A DNA stretch of 62,986 nucleotides, filler included, from Globobulimina sp. (taxonomy: Eukaryota): the NCBI GenBank assembly GCA_003354225.1. It is 39 parts of 39 records of this genome, joined end to end, with 100 filler letters (N's around TTAATTAATTAA, not from the genome) between each part and the next. Parts side by side here need not be neighbours in the genome. Positions count along the whole stretch, not along the records: positions 25,893 to 27,410 come from PIVH01015420.1; positions 27,511 to 29,028 come from PIVH01015421.1; positions 29,129 to 30,646 come from PIVH01015422.1; positions 30,747 to 32,264 come from PIVH01015423.1; positions 32,365 to 33,881 come from PIVH01015424.1; positions 33,982 to 35,498 come from PIVH01015425.1; positions 35,599 to 37,115 come from PIVH01015426.1; positions 37,216 to 38,732 come from PIVH01015427.1; 31 more parts are not named here. One strand, 5' to 3'. Below the pieces are notes generated by a model. That model was given only the letters and a program-made list of their open reading frames with translations, searched no databases and had not been told where the DNA came from. Positions 25,893-37,856 of this stretch are shown here, piece after piece; positions within the stretch are counted from its first letter, which is position 1, and every line of letters begins with the position of its first letter. The position numbers were made by a program, and so were the translations under genes.

Positions 25893-27047
25893 GCAACCCA
25901 AATATTGCTATAGTTAACAAAATTGATGTGCCAGAAACAAGTGGTCCAAAATAACCACCAATTGTACCAAACGTATCAAGTAAATCTTGATCTTTTTCCT
26001 TAATTATCTTTGTCTCAATTCCAGCACCAGTTGGATTTATATAAAACGCAAATTCATTTATTTGGTTTGGATTGTTAGATAACTTAGATTCAACCCAGAG
26101 CGGTATGGATGTTTTTACATTTGCTGTATAATATGTATTATCAATTTTTTCTACTTTTTTGCCACACCCTACTTCCTTCCAATGATTTACTTTTTTGCTA
26201 AACAATGGTTTGTCCCAAGAATTTATCTCATACGTAACCGACAAAGAGGACATTGTGTAGGAATTATATGCAGAAAATCCATGTTGTAGTACTGACGAAC
26301 CGTTAAATCTGTATCGAACAGCGGCAGTAATATTATCATTATCGGTCTTTTTAAGCGATTTTATTATGCCATCTTCGACAGAATCAACTTTCCAAAATAT
26401 TCCAGGATACGCTCTTGGTTCTGTATGGCTGTCAGTAACTTGTAAATGAATATATAACGTATCTCCTTTATAAATGCAGCTTCCATTTACGTGCGCGTGC
26501 TTGGGTGGAATGATTAACATTTGCGATGTGTTTAAGCTTTGAAAAGAATGAGGTAAAGAAACCACTGCCCATTGTCGATCGCATTCGCAGAAAGTGTTGT
26601 ATGAGAAATCTGACGCCTTGAATGGTACCCGGGGCCAGTGATAATTTGAATAATTTGAATTGTTTTCGGTGCGTATATCTTTATATAATATAATGATATG
26701 TATGTTACATAATCAGAGATCATACCCAGCACAGTAAAATTTGTAGCAGACACTGACTTTACTATGAAATAGAAATATGGCGTATCAATGCATGTAGTGT
26801 CTGCGATTATATCTGTATGTACTGTGATATTCTTGATTTTGCTTCTATGTTCCTTCAACAATATTGAAGCCACTGTAATCATTGCAATTGCAATTACAAA
26901 CCATCGAATTCTTGCTATCCATACTGCGCGGTTATTATCATTATAATTGCAATTACAATTACAACCCATCGAATTCTTGCTAACCATACTGCGTGGTGTA
27001 CCCAAATGTTCTTGTTCTTGAACTGACAAATATGTTTTATCATTCAT
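25893..27047 (-). CDS. Two-TM membrane protein with large loop, 3'-partial
   Basis: 47-nt intron 26725-26679 joins the two ORFs in frame; TM1 WFVIAIAMITVASILL; TM2 LLDTFGTIGGYFG. Confidence 0.7.
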
Positions 27048-27510
27048 AATTTGAGCAAAACAGTCAGTGAGGTCCAAAGAAAAAAACTTAAGCTCCGGCC
27101 GGGGCACCGTGTCCACCCCGCACCTCAATGCTGTGCCGGTCGGGGCGAATCAGGCGATCATGCGCAGGTTGGTTTAAGAAATCAAACTATTTATGGTATA
27201 ATTATAATTAATTTGAATGACAGAAAAATGAAAAAGCGCATTTATTGATTATGTAATTGTTTTCGGTGCCTGTATAAATTCGATTTTGTTGTCAATGATG
27301 CATTGCATTGATTACATTTGAATAATTTCCTTGACTTTCTTTGCAAATGCACATTAAAATGACTCCGTAATTCATCCCTTCTTTTGAATTGTTTACAGCA
27401 TTTTTTACAANNNNNNNNNNNNNNNNNNNNNNNNNNNNNNNNNNNNNNNNNNNNTTAATTAATTAANNNNNNNNNNNNNNNNNNNNNNNNNNNNNNNNNN
27501 NNNNNNNNNN

Positions 27511-27810
27511 GTAGATATTGAGATTTTTATTGATGGTTTAAAGAATGAGGTGGTCTCTGAATGTGAGAGGATTGGACCAATTGAGAAGATTGAGATTTAT
27601 GAGAATAATCCAAATGGTTTTATTAAAATAAAATATAAATATCCGCAACATGCCAAACAGTGCATTGATAAAATGAATAAAAGATACTTTGATGGCAATG
27701 TGATTCGCTGTTTTTATTGGGACGGAAATACGGATTATAAAATATATGAAACTAGTCAACAGCAAGAGAAACGGTTAAAAAACTTTCAAAATGCATTGCA
27801 AAACAGTTAG
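27511..27810 (+). CDS. HTATSF1: Tat-SF1/Cus2 (HTATSF1)-like UHM/RRM C-terminus
   Basis: ECERIG.IEKIEIYENNPNG...MNKRYFDG....FYWDGNTDY...ET..QQEKRL. Confidence 0.8.
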   Translation, partial: VDIEIFIDGLKNEVVSECERIGPIEKIEIYENNPNGFIKIKYKYPQHAKQCIDKMNKRYFDGNVIRCFYWDGNTDYKIYETSQQQEKRLKNFQNALQNS

Positions 27811-27868
27811 AACAAATATTGTATATTGTAACGGATTTTTTGCAATAAAAAGTGTTTTGATTTCTCGG

Positions 27869-27951
27869 CGAGTAACGTGTTTCCGAAAACAAGTTTTTGA
27901 TCTGGGGGGGGGCTCCATCGATCAAAAACGGTTTCGGAAACACGTTACTCG
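27869..27951. repeat. 83-bp inverted repeat (MITE-like hairpin)
   Basis: Perfect 20-bp arms CGAGTAACGTGTTTCCGAAA / TTTCGGAAACACGTTACTCG plus inner 10-bp arms GTTTTTGATC / GATCAAAAAC. Confidence 0.88.
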
Positions 27952-27978
27952 ATCTTCATTTCATCACAGAGCGAAAAT

Positions 27979-29028
27979 ATGCAACGATTATTCCTGTATT
28001 TTGTATTATTGCCAAATTTAATTCAAGCAGCAATAACCGTAATAGATGGAGTATGGACTGATGATTATTCGCAGTCAACAAATAAAAGAGATGGTTGGTA
28101 TTTAGAAAATGAAAGGGATGGAGATTTAGGCAACCCGACGATTCAAGGTGATCCCTATAAATATCATGGCTGGTTTGAAAAGGAAGGTAATAATGTAGAT
28201 GATGGTGGCTGGTATAATCAGATGATGCGATATTTTCAATGTAACAAAACATCCGATGTGTATATCTCATATCTATTTGCATATTGTGACGAAGGAGAGG
28301 GAACTGACAAACTATGGTTATATGTCGATGGTGTACAAATTAGAGTGGATGGTATGGCTACTACTACAAACGATTTGTGGCATATTGAAACAGGCAGCAC
28401 CTTTGACAATAGTATTTATTATTCTTCTGGGATAAATAATGAATGTAATAGTGTAAATGAATGGGAGTATAAGGTAAGACCCAACCTTGCTATCGGGATA
28501 AAAGATGAAGGGGTTGACTTTTTCGTTAAATTTCGATCTTATATGGATAATAATGATGAAAGACATGTTATTGGTGATGTAGAGATAGAATGTATACCCA
28601 CACCCTCTCCAACAACTGTACCTACACTTCAACCAACCAGTGATCCCACAGATAATCCGACAGTGTCTCCCAGTACATCGCCAACCGCACCACCTTCCAA
28701 TGCACCATCATTGCCGCCAAGTTTAAGTCCGAGTATGAGTCCAAGTTTAAATCCATCAAAAGCACCAACTGCTTCACCGACTCAACCACCATCCAATACA
28801 CCTTCCTTTCCGCCAACAGTACATCCAACAATCCAACCGTCCATAAATCCGACTTCAAATCCGACATTATATCCCACCATTATTCCAAGTTCAAATCCCA
28901 CGATACAGCCAACAATAATTCCTAGCCATATTCCATCCTTTTCACCAACCACAAATCCAAGCATCCAACCAACATTATATCCGACTGTGAATCCAACATT
29001 ACATCCAACTGTTACACCAACATCACAC
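27979..29028 (+). CDS. Secreted/surface protein with PT(xx) mucin-like repeats, partial
   Basis: Signal peptide; many P-T/S-x-x repeats. Confidence 0.8.
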
Positions 29029-29525
29029 NNNNNNNNNNNNNNNNNNNNNNNNNNNNNNNNNNNNNNNNNNNNTTAATTAATTAANNNNNNNNNNNNNNNN
29101 NNNNNNNNNNNNNNNNNNNNNNNNNNNNGTATTTGAAAAAATATAAAATTGAGGAAATAAATTAATTCCTACCCAGGAGTCTACGTCGCTTGTCGACAAT
29201 TTTATTTATTATTATATAAACACAAAAAACAAACACAAAACAAATCAAAACATATTAAAACATTAACAAAAAAGACTCAACGCAAATTCGCATTGAAATT
29301 TGCAATCTTATAATTGTTGATAATGAGATTCGTAGCATTTTGAGTTTAATTGCTTGGATTTTGAAGGAAATAATTCGATTGAACCATTATTTATGTCTTG
29401 AATGACTTGAATTTGTATTAATTTGTATATTTACAATCCGATTATAAAATAAATTGAATATTATATAATTAATTATACATAAATTGAGTGATGAAAATTG
29501 AATTCCTAATGAATTTAATATATAA

Positions 29526-30542
29526 TCATAACACAGGTTCTGTTCGTGTGACACCCACAGTCGATATCTTTTGGATATCTATACGTAATTGTACAGATTG
29601 TGAGGCCCCGGGTTTAAATCTAGAGATTGGCCCTATTAATAAACTCAATATTTCCGTTCTCGCTTCATCAAAAATATAATAAATCTGTTTTAATGTCATA
29701 TTATTTTTAATCATAAAATCTTTCATTTCATTAACATTATTTTTATTACCCCTCAAATATCCCAATTTATTCTCTAAAGTTTGCCTGGTTTCATATGATA
29801 TATTTATTTCAAAATAAGAACCATGTTCAATATATTTAAAAAATAAATTAATTGCACCAATAATATATTTAATATTCTCATTAGAATCATCATCCGCTAA
29901 ATCTTTAACAATGGTTGATTGTGGAACATTTTGTGCACAGATAATATGATTAATTTCTGCCAATGCACCATGGCCATGGCCATATGCATAGCCATCATTA
30001 CTTTGATCAGCAACATATTGTACAAATTGCTGCGTTTCAATAAAAAATAACAAGTTCTCAATTGCAAATTCTTTGGTTAACTGCTTTGCAAACAATCTGA
30101 AATATTCTGTCCCTTGTAAAATATCGGACAATTCCAGACGCACTGTTTCTGTTTCAATAGTGTCTCCGTAGCAATTGGTGTTTTCAGCCAAACCAAGTGA
30201 AACTAAGGAGGTAGGAACCCAACAATATAAGATTGGCAATTTAAACGTTTTTAAAAAATAAAATGAACCAACGACCATTGTGAATAAATACAACTCACTG
30301 AATAATTTAGCTAATAACCACTTCCATTCTCCAGGAGACCCTTTTAATACAAATAGGAATACCACAACCAAAGCTACGCACAACGCTGAATATCTGCTCG
30401 TTCTTTCTGTATGCACTCGCAAATAATAAATATCATTAAACTTTGGCATTTTACAACTAATTATGTAAAAAAAACAGATGTTATCTATTGTGTTATCTAT
30501 TTTGGGATGGTTTGTGTTATCTATTTTGTGTGCGGGGAACAT
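29526..30542 (-). CDS. Membrane-anchored RGS domain protein, 5'-partial
   Basis: Hydrophobic helices followed by F.LF...LTKEFAIENLLF, KYI..GSYFEINISYETR, IFDEA..EI..L. Confidence 0.85.
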   Translation of the reverse strand: MFPAHKIDNTNHPKIDNTIDNICFFYIISCKMPKFNDIYYLRVHTERTSRYSALCVALVVVFLFVLKGSPGEWKWLLAKLFSELYLFTMVVGSFYFLKTFKLPILYCWVPTSLVSLGLAENTNCYGDTIETETVRLELSDILQGTEYFRLFAKQLTKEFAIENLLFFIETQQFVQYVADQSNDGYAYGHGHGALAEINHIICAQNVPQSTIVKDLADDDSNENIKYIIGAINLFFKYIEHGSYFEINISYETRQTLENKLGYLRGNKNNVNEMKDFMIKNNMTLKQIYYIFDEARTEILSLLIGPISRFKPGASQSVQLRIDIQKISTVGVTRTEPVL

Positions 30543-30746
30543 TCGTGTGTGCGGGTTATACTTATTTCATGTTCGGGCGGTGTGCGGTTATATTTTTTGC
30601 ATGAATCAAATTGCAAAAAACAAAAACAATTTACTGATAAAAAAATNNNNNNNNNNNNNNNNNNNNNNNNNNNNNNNNNNNNNNNNNNNNTTAATTAATT
30701 AANNNNNNNNNNNNNNNNNNNNNNNNNNNNNNNNNNNNNNNNNNNN

Positions 30747-32264
30747 GAAAGCAGCCAGAAAAAGAAAGTTGTTTTCAACGATGATGATGGAAACTCGCAT
30801 AAATCCAAGGATAAAACTCGCAAAAAAAAGAAGAAAACGCTTGGATATTTGAGTTTTTTTGGTAGGAAAAAATCTAAAAAAAAGCAAAAAGCCGAGCATG
30901 AGTTGACTCCCACTCCAAGTCCGCAAACATCAGCGTCGGATCTGTCCACTCCGATACAGCCAACTCGCAGTCTAAGCATTTCGCAGTCAGACACCGAAAA
31001 TGTGCATGATGACAATTGCAAAGCAGGTACACATATTTTGTTTATAAATTATTTTATGTTACAACAGCATAATCAGTATTATACACGAAATATTTGCCAG
31101 GTTCCGGCAACGCGGATGCACAGAACATGCGTTTAATGGATATCCAAAGCGACCCAATGGTGAAGGCGCCCATTGTGAGCAATAATGATCCCCCAAACAA
31201 ACGGAGTGGCTCAGTGTTCAGTCGCTTGCGTTCGACCTCCAAAGGAGATGAGGTTGTGGAATTGGAGCAGTTGAAAAAGATTCGAAAGCACGAATTGCGG
31301 CAATTGAATAATCTCAAGAAGGAACATAAAAGTTTGCGTGACAAATTCAATAAAGTGACCAAGGAGAAAAAGACGCAAACTGCGCAGATAAAACAGTTGA
31401 AAGACACTGTCAAACGGAAGGAAAGCGAATTGAATGAGATTCAGAAAGATTTGGAACATATGAGGAAGAACAATGGAGAGTTGATCCACAAGTTTAACGA
31501 TTCTGAGACTAAGAATAAAAAGTTGGACAACACGTTGACTGCTAAAAACAATGAGGTTCGCGTCTTGCGGAAGGATGCAAATGAGTACAAACGACAGATT
31601 GTGCAACTGATGGATTTGCAGAATCAAAATGATAAAAAGATATTTGCTTCGTTGCAGACACAGAATGAGTCGCTGCAAGAGGAGGTGCATAAATATAGGA
31701 AAGAGATTGAAGAGCTGAACAATAAACAGATCGATTATGACAATTTGTGCAAAGACAACGCGAAATTGAATAAGGATAAGGACGAAACGAAGAAAAAGTA
31801 TGTGTTCTGTTTCAAACTGCAAAATATTTTGAGTTGGAGTTGTTTAATTTTTGTGTGTTTGCAGGTATTTATATTTCAAGGATAAATTGGATAAAACGAC
31901 GCGAGATAAGAATAATTTTGAGAGTGATTACATGAAAGAAGTGGAAAACAAAGTGTTTTTAGAGAAGGAGTTGAATGATTTGCAGGCGAAATTTGAAATG
32001 TTGCAACGGAAACATTTCGAGCTAGGAAAGAGTATGGAAACGGAAATAAATGTACTACGCGAACAACATGAGTTAGATAAGGAAATGGATCAAAACATCA
32101 TCGCAGAACAACAACGTCAGTTATCCCAATTGGATAGGAATAGAACACAGACACAGCCTCAGCCACAGCCACAGCCACAAGCCATGGGGAGACAGGGCAG
32201 TGTGGCCATGGTCAGACAAGGCAGTGTGGCCATGGGCAGACAGGGCAGCGTGGTCGCAATGGAT
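30747..32264 (+). CDS. Coiled-coil protein, three exons, partial; terminal AMGRQGSV repeats
   Basis: Consecutive ORFs separated by short GT-AG introns; heptad composition. Confidence 0.6.
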
Positions 32265-32384
32265 NNNNNNNNNNNNNNNNNNNNNNNNNNNNNNNNNNNN
32301 NNNNNNNNTTAATTAATTAANNNNNNNNNNNNNNNNNNNNNNNNNNNNNNNNNNNNNNNNNNNNTAAATGATTTATATAATTTA

Positions 32385-32885
32385 TTGCCCGCAAATCCAT
32401 CTCAAATGTGCGAGGAAATGAAAACAGAATCATTTACAAATCGGTTGAAAGAACGGCAAAACATTAAAAATGATATCACGGACTGCCAAACAAAATTAGT
32501 TCGATTACAAAATTCGTTGAAAACATACGAAGACATTAATATGAAACAAAAAAGTCTAAGTGCTTGGCATGTATTTTTAGGAAAATGGAGATTATGGGAT
32601 ATTGACGGATTTTATCATTATTTGAGTCGTGTCGAAAACGGTAAATATAAGCAGTATATTGAAAATAAACAATTGTTTTTACAAAATTGGGATAAATTAG
32701 CAGTGAATGATAATGGAGATAGATTTAATAGCAATAATACATTTTATGGACATTATATATCACAGTTTGAAAGCGATGATCTTCAGGACTTAGGAATAAG
32801 CTCTCGTCAAAGTAGGAGACATATTATGAATAATTTTAGATCATTAATAAGTGACCAATTTGAAGGATTGTTACAGAAATCATAG
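32385..32885 (+). CDS. Protein with C-terminal SAM-like domain, partial
   Basis: W..WD...F..YL; DDLQDLGISSRQSRRHI. Confidence 0.45.
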   Translation: MPANPSQMCEEMKTESFTNRLKERQNIKNDITDCQTKLVRLQNSLKTYEDINMKQKSLSAWHVFLGKWRLWDIDGFYHYLSRVENGKYKQYIENKQLFLQNWDKLAVNDNGDRFNSNNTFYGHYISQFESDDLQDLGISSRQSRRHIMNNFRSLISDQFEGLLQKS

Positions 32886-33173
32886 TTGTGTCGGTTGTGT
32901 GTAATAATAAGTAAGTTGAAGTACGTACTAAACCTAGGATAGGGTTTTGCAACATCCATATATCTATTTACGTAGTGTTAGAGACAAAAATCACAAAACA
33001 TGCTTCAGAACAAATTTATAATCGATCAATTAATATTATTAATGCCTTTTGCCGTGAATTGCGCCATTTCTTTTGTACACATCAATGCATAAAAATCAAT
33101 GAACAAAACAATCAATCAAAAATCAAGTAAATTTATGTAGGTCATTAATACACAGAAATCAACAAAAAATGAT

Positions 33174-33881
33174 TTAAAATAAATGACTATATGCATGTAT
33201 CACAACTAATACATTTGACACTAGAAATAATAGTTTACGTATACCTCCGACTCCAATCACTCCATCAATTTGTTCTGTAACTTCTGTTGGCTGTGATGTT
33301 GGTATATTAGTAATATTACATAATGTTAATGTTTCATTTTCTCCAGAAATCGAAGTGATATCAGTCACTGTAAATATAATATGCGTTGCCAAAATCCATG
33401 ATGTAAACTCGTTTCTATATTGAATGTACGTACATGCGTTGCCAATCATAGCTGATACATCTTTTGAATCATTTGTAATTAATACAAAATCAACATAAAC
33501 AATCGACTCATTTTGTACATCAATAATATGAATAAATTGATCCAATGTCGGAAACATTATGTTTTTTACAGCATAATCCACCCAATTTAATACTGTAATT
33601 CCTGTTCCATTGTATGCATTATAAATAGCATTAAAATCAACATTTATTCTTACTCGAAATGGATACATAATTTTATTATTAAAATATGAATATCCCAAAT
33701 TAGAAACACATTCATTAATTGCATAAAACATAACCTTTGTCATTCGCCATCCAATTCGTTGATCAATATATTCAAATAAAGAGAATAAAACATCCCAATC
33801 TGAGAAATTGTTTATGTCACAAATCGATATGTTATTATGTGATAATCCGGACACAGCAGAAATATTATAATTGAATAAATA
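33174..33881 (-). CDS. Hypothetical protein with hydrophobic C-terminus, partial
   Basis: 226-aa ORF ending in PTSQPT and hydrophobic tail. Confidence 0.45.
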   Translation of the reverse strand, partial: YLFNYNISAVSGLSHNNISICDINNFSDWDVLFSLFEYIDQRIGWRMTKVMFYAINECVSNLGYSYFNNKIMYPFRVRINVDFNAIYNAYNGTGITVLNWVDYAVKNIMFPTLDQFIHIIDVQNESIVYVDFVLITNDSKDVSAMIGNACTYIQYRNEFTSWILATHIIFTVTDITSISGENETLTLCNITNIPTSQPTEVTEQIDGVIGVGGIRKLLFLVSNVLVVIHAYSHLF

Positions 33882-34386
33882 NNNNNNNNNNNNNNNNNNN
33901 NNNNNNNNNNNNNNNNNNNNNNNNNTTAATTAATTAANNNNNNNNNNNNNNNNNNNNNNNNNNNNNNNNNNNNNNNNNNNNTTCAAAATACTTAATACGC
34001 ATTGCAATCAATATTAATAACTAATTGTAGTTCAAATAAGCGTCATGACCATTGGTGGCAAGCAAGTTTGATAAAATATTTAAGTCTTTACATATTTTTT
34101 CTATTCTTTGTAGGTTTTTGTATGCGCGGTGTTGATGATATATTCCGTCGAAGTGACATTGTTTTTGTTTTCGTATTTTTCTATGTTTTTGTCGCATTTT
34201 TCTGGGCGTTTCTCGTATTTGTATGTGTTTCTCGTATTTTTATGACGGGAAATATAATGAGTATTTGTTTAACTATTTAAATTATCAATTTTTTTGCTCA
34301 ACTCTCAACAAATCAATTATCAAACTTGACACCATGGTAATGGTTATCATAGCTTTTTGAACTCAACAATTCGTTCTCAAAATAAG

Positions 34387-35049
34387 TCAACAGAAACACA
34401 TACGTTTGACGTTCGTTGCTGATGGCCCGATCTCTACATTTTGTATTTCAACACCTTTAAATCCATTGAATTGCATTCCAGCTACTTCGAAATCGCGTAT
34501 TTGTACGTTTTCAATGCGTACATTTTGTGCATCATTTGAATGTATTCCGTGATGTGATGACAAACCTAATTTACCATTATGAATATAGATATTTTTCACA
34601 GAGTTTAATGCTCCAAAATTTGTTGGACCAAAACCTTGTAAAAACGGTGCTGTTCCAATTTCAATGAGTGCAAAAAAACGTTGTTCGATATAGAAATATT
34701 CGTGTTGAGATATTTGATGTGTATTTAAATCAATTTCTACATCATCTACTTCGATGGTTATAGCTGCAAAAAAACCTAACGCAAATGCACCATTTTGCAA
34801 TGTATCACATGCCGGATATAGTGCTGTGTTGGTTGGAAACCACGAAAATTTGGAGTTTGGGGTTGATACCTCACCGGGTAATGGATTAAATTCTATATTT
34901 TCGGATAAACAGTATTTCCCAGGTTGGAGTATTCTGTATGTTCCAGGCGAGAAATCTAATGGTGTTAAACAAAAATTGCATGAGATATCACATGATGACG
35001 AGATTAATAATCGTAAACTAAGTGATACTAATATGGACAAAGAGTGCAT
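34387..35049 (-). CDS. Secreted right-handed beta-helix protein, first exon
   Basis: Signal peptide MHSLSILV; GTYRI..PG.YCL.ENI; AAITIE.DDVEIDLN; HHGIHSN..NVRIENV.I.DFEVAG. Confidence 0.6.
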   Translation of the reverse strand: MHSLSILVSLSLRLLISSSCDISCNFCLTPLDFSPGTYRILQPGKYCLSENIEFNPLPGEVSTPNSKFSWFPTNTALYPACDTLQNGAFALGFFAAITIEVDDVEIDLNTHQISQHEYFYIEQRFFALIEIGTAPFLQGFGPTNFGALNSVKNIYIHNGKLGLSSHHGIHSNDAQNVRIENVQIRDFEVAGMQFNGFKGVEIQNVEIGPSATNVKRMCFC

Positions 35050-35157
35050 GGTTGACACGATTTTCCTGAAAGAGTGTTTTGCAGTTTGTGTTGAGTGGAG
35101 ACGAAATGACGAATTCTTACATAAAAAAAATATATTATTCAAAACACAATATATTGG

Positions 35158-35491
35158 TTATACCATAAGTCCTCCCCTGCGTAGATTTGATCGTATAACA
35201 ATATTTTGAACATCCCAAAATACTTTTTGCACAGTATCTTGATCGGTAGCACATGTAACATGGCAAAATATAACTCTATTTTGAAATTGATTAACACAAA
35301 TAAATTCATCTTGTATAAATTTAATAGCAGCCTCATAACAATCATCATAATGTTGTTTATCCGCAGCATCATCACCAATAATTGGTGTATAATTTGGTCC
35401 ATCCCATGGTTTGCCATCCCACCCAACTGCTCGACTAAAACATGTACTTAATGATATTTGACATTTTAACTTTTCCCTAAATAAATCATCC
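35158..35491 (-). CDS. Second G-protein alpha subunit, last exon (absent from ORF track)
   Basis: Own translation: DDLFREKLK...IFCHVTCATDQDTVQKVFWDVQNIVIRSNLRRGGLMV*; AG acceptor at 35493-35492. Confidence 0.88.
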
Positions 35492-37215
35492 CTATTTANN
35501 NNNNNNNNNNNNNNNNNNNNNNNNNNNNNNNNNNNNNNNNNNTTAATTAATTAANNNNNNNNNNNNNNNNNNNNNNNNNNNNNNNNNNNNNNNNNNNNGG
35601 AATTCCACTTATTTTTTATTATATGCCGAATTTCCCCATTTTGTTCCATCATAATCGACACAATAAACATGTAAAATTGCCTATTTGATAATATTTAACA
35701 ATCATTCCAATTGGTACCCCTTCCCCCTCTCATTTCATACGACATGTGATTGGCTATTTTGATTTTGAGGTGACATCCATTGAAAATATTCATTATAAAT
35801 GCTCCATTCTCGACCTTCCCATGAGAGTTTTTGCTTTTAGTTCATTTAATGAATCAACATTTAAATTTTCTAATTTCACTAACATTTGACTGGTTCACTC
35901 TGTAAGTAACTATGATGAGAATGACAGTAACCTATCAAATGTGTATAATAAGTATACACAAATAATATAGTATACAATTGTTATATTAAACTGATATCGA
36001 TTGACACAAACAAAAAAAACATGAATATTTAACAAACATAGTAAAATATAAAAACAATTATATTAATATTATTCACGATAAGTGGCACCTAATATTATAT
36101 ACTTTATGTAAGATATAATACAAAAGCTTTTATAAAACATCTTAACCGTAAATAAAGGTATCATATTACCGGTAAACCAAATATAATCGCCCATAATATT
36201 TGCGGCAAAATTATCAGATATAAACGTTGAAGTATTGATTAATGAATTTGTATATATAAAATGAATACAAACCATTTCCGCCACCATTTATAGATATGGC
36301 CTTCATCAATATCATTTTTATCAAACCACATCATTGCAATACAGACTGGGTATCCTATCCGCTTCCGTCCATTCCGGATGCATATCCTCGGCGAACTGCA
36401 GGCATTCAATCTCGTCTCTTTAATCACAAACAACCACCACGGCAATAACTGCGCCACTAAGCCAATATCATTATTGGTTACACCGCAAAAGATTTTCAAC
36501 AGTCCCAACACCACAATCTTCTGCTTGTAAAACTGTTTAACTTTATTTTTGGCCGCAAACATGCATTCAAATAATTGCTGCATCAAAGTGGCGTTATTCT
36601 CCTTCGCCTGAATGGATTGCAACACTTCCAATGTTCCCGCTGTGTTCGCCAACAATAAGCGGCAAAAAAAACAACATATAATACTCAATCCGCAAATTAC
36701 TATTCATATTATTTGCCACGTTCATAGTCTCCAAAAAATCCACCACCAAATGTTGAATAATGGCAAATAAAACTGCGGCGATTGCTGCGGGAATAATTGC
36801 ACAAAAACACACAAAACATCTGTGATTTTACTAAACGAGTAGTCCAAACCGGTGATATCCGGCACCACCTCATGCGAATGGTACAGCACTTTATGCCGTA
36901 ATTCCAAGCCTTTATCGATTAAACAAATCCGCTGATCGTCTTCAATCGACTCCGGACCGCTGCAATACGCGACGATGGTAGCAATTTGTGCACAGTCTCC
37001 GATTTCATACAGCCCACCAAATGCGTTATACAGTAGTGTTCCGGATAAGAGGTACGCATATTAGTACTAAAATATATATTTTATCTAATCATATATTTTG
37101 TAAATGGTGGAGCTGNNNNNNNNNNNNNNNNNNNNNNNNNNNNNNNNNNNNNNNNNNNNTTAATTAATTAANNNNNNNNNNNNNNNNNNNNNNNNNNNNN
37201 NNNNNNNNNNNNNNN

Positions 37216-37749
37216 CCAACCATTATTGGCGTTGCAATGTCGTCATTATCTGATATGGATTTTAATTTAAACGGATTTATTGCGGCAGTATCAAGCACAT
37301 TAAGTCAAACTATATTAAATATTATGTGTAGAAACACAATAAATAATTCCGATTTGAATGGATCACAATTCCAATTTATTATGGCCTCAATAAATACATG
37401 CATCTCATTACCAGTTTATTTATACACTTCAAATGAAAACAGTGCCATTTACAACGTACCATTGTCATTGCCATGGTCATTTGGATTGGTTGTATTTGTT
37501 GTCACGCCGTTAGCATATCACATTGAATATGTGTTGAATTGTTTACTAGTTTGCAGATTGTCATCGTTGACATTTAGTATGACTGACATTATGCGTAGAT
37601 TATTAATAATTATTTGCGGAGTTATCATGTTTAACAAAACATTAAATGTTTTCAATAAATGTGGCATTTTGCTGGCCTTAGGAGGTGTTGCATCCTATAG
37701 CTACTTGTCGAATAAGGCAAATGAGCCAAAGCCAAAGCAAATGTCATGA
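37216..37749 (+). CDS. Triose-phosphate/nucleotide-sugar transporter family (TPT/SLC35E), partial
   Basis: FNLNGFIAA..ST, LSSLTFSM..IMRRL, GILLALGGV.SY. Confidence 0.8.
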   Translation, partial: PTIIGVAMSSLSDMDFNLNGFIAAVSSTLSQTILNIMCRNTINNSDLNGSQFQFIMASINTCISLPVYLYTSNENSAIYNVPLSLPWSFGLVVFVVTPLAYHIEYVLNCLLVCRLSSLTFSMTDIMRRLLIIICGVIMFNKTLNVFNKCGILLALGGVASYSYLSNKANEPKPKQMS

Positions 37750-37856
37750 TTATGTGAATATGTGGGTAATTATTTAAAGTGTTTTTTATTTTAACTTAAA
37801 CTTCATTATATAAACTAAACTAAAATTGTGTTCGTCTTCGTCACCAACTTTTTGCA

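Noticed and set aside
27093-27148. GC-rich imperfect hairpin, possible tRNA/ncRNA
   Set aside because: No cloverleaf or T-loop; pairing too imperfect to call.
28597-29028. 12-bp periodic repeat
   Set aside because: Explained by PTxx coding repeats.
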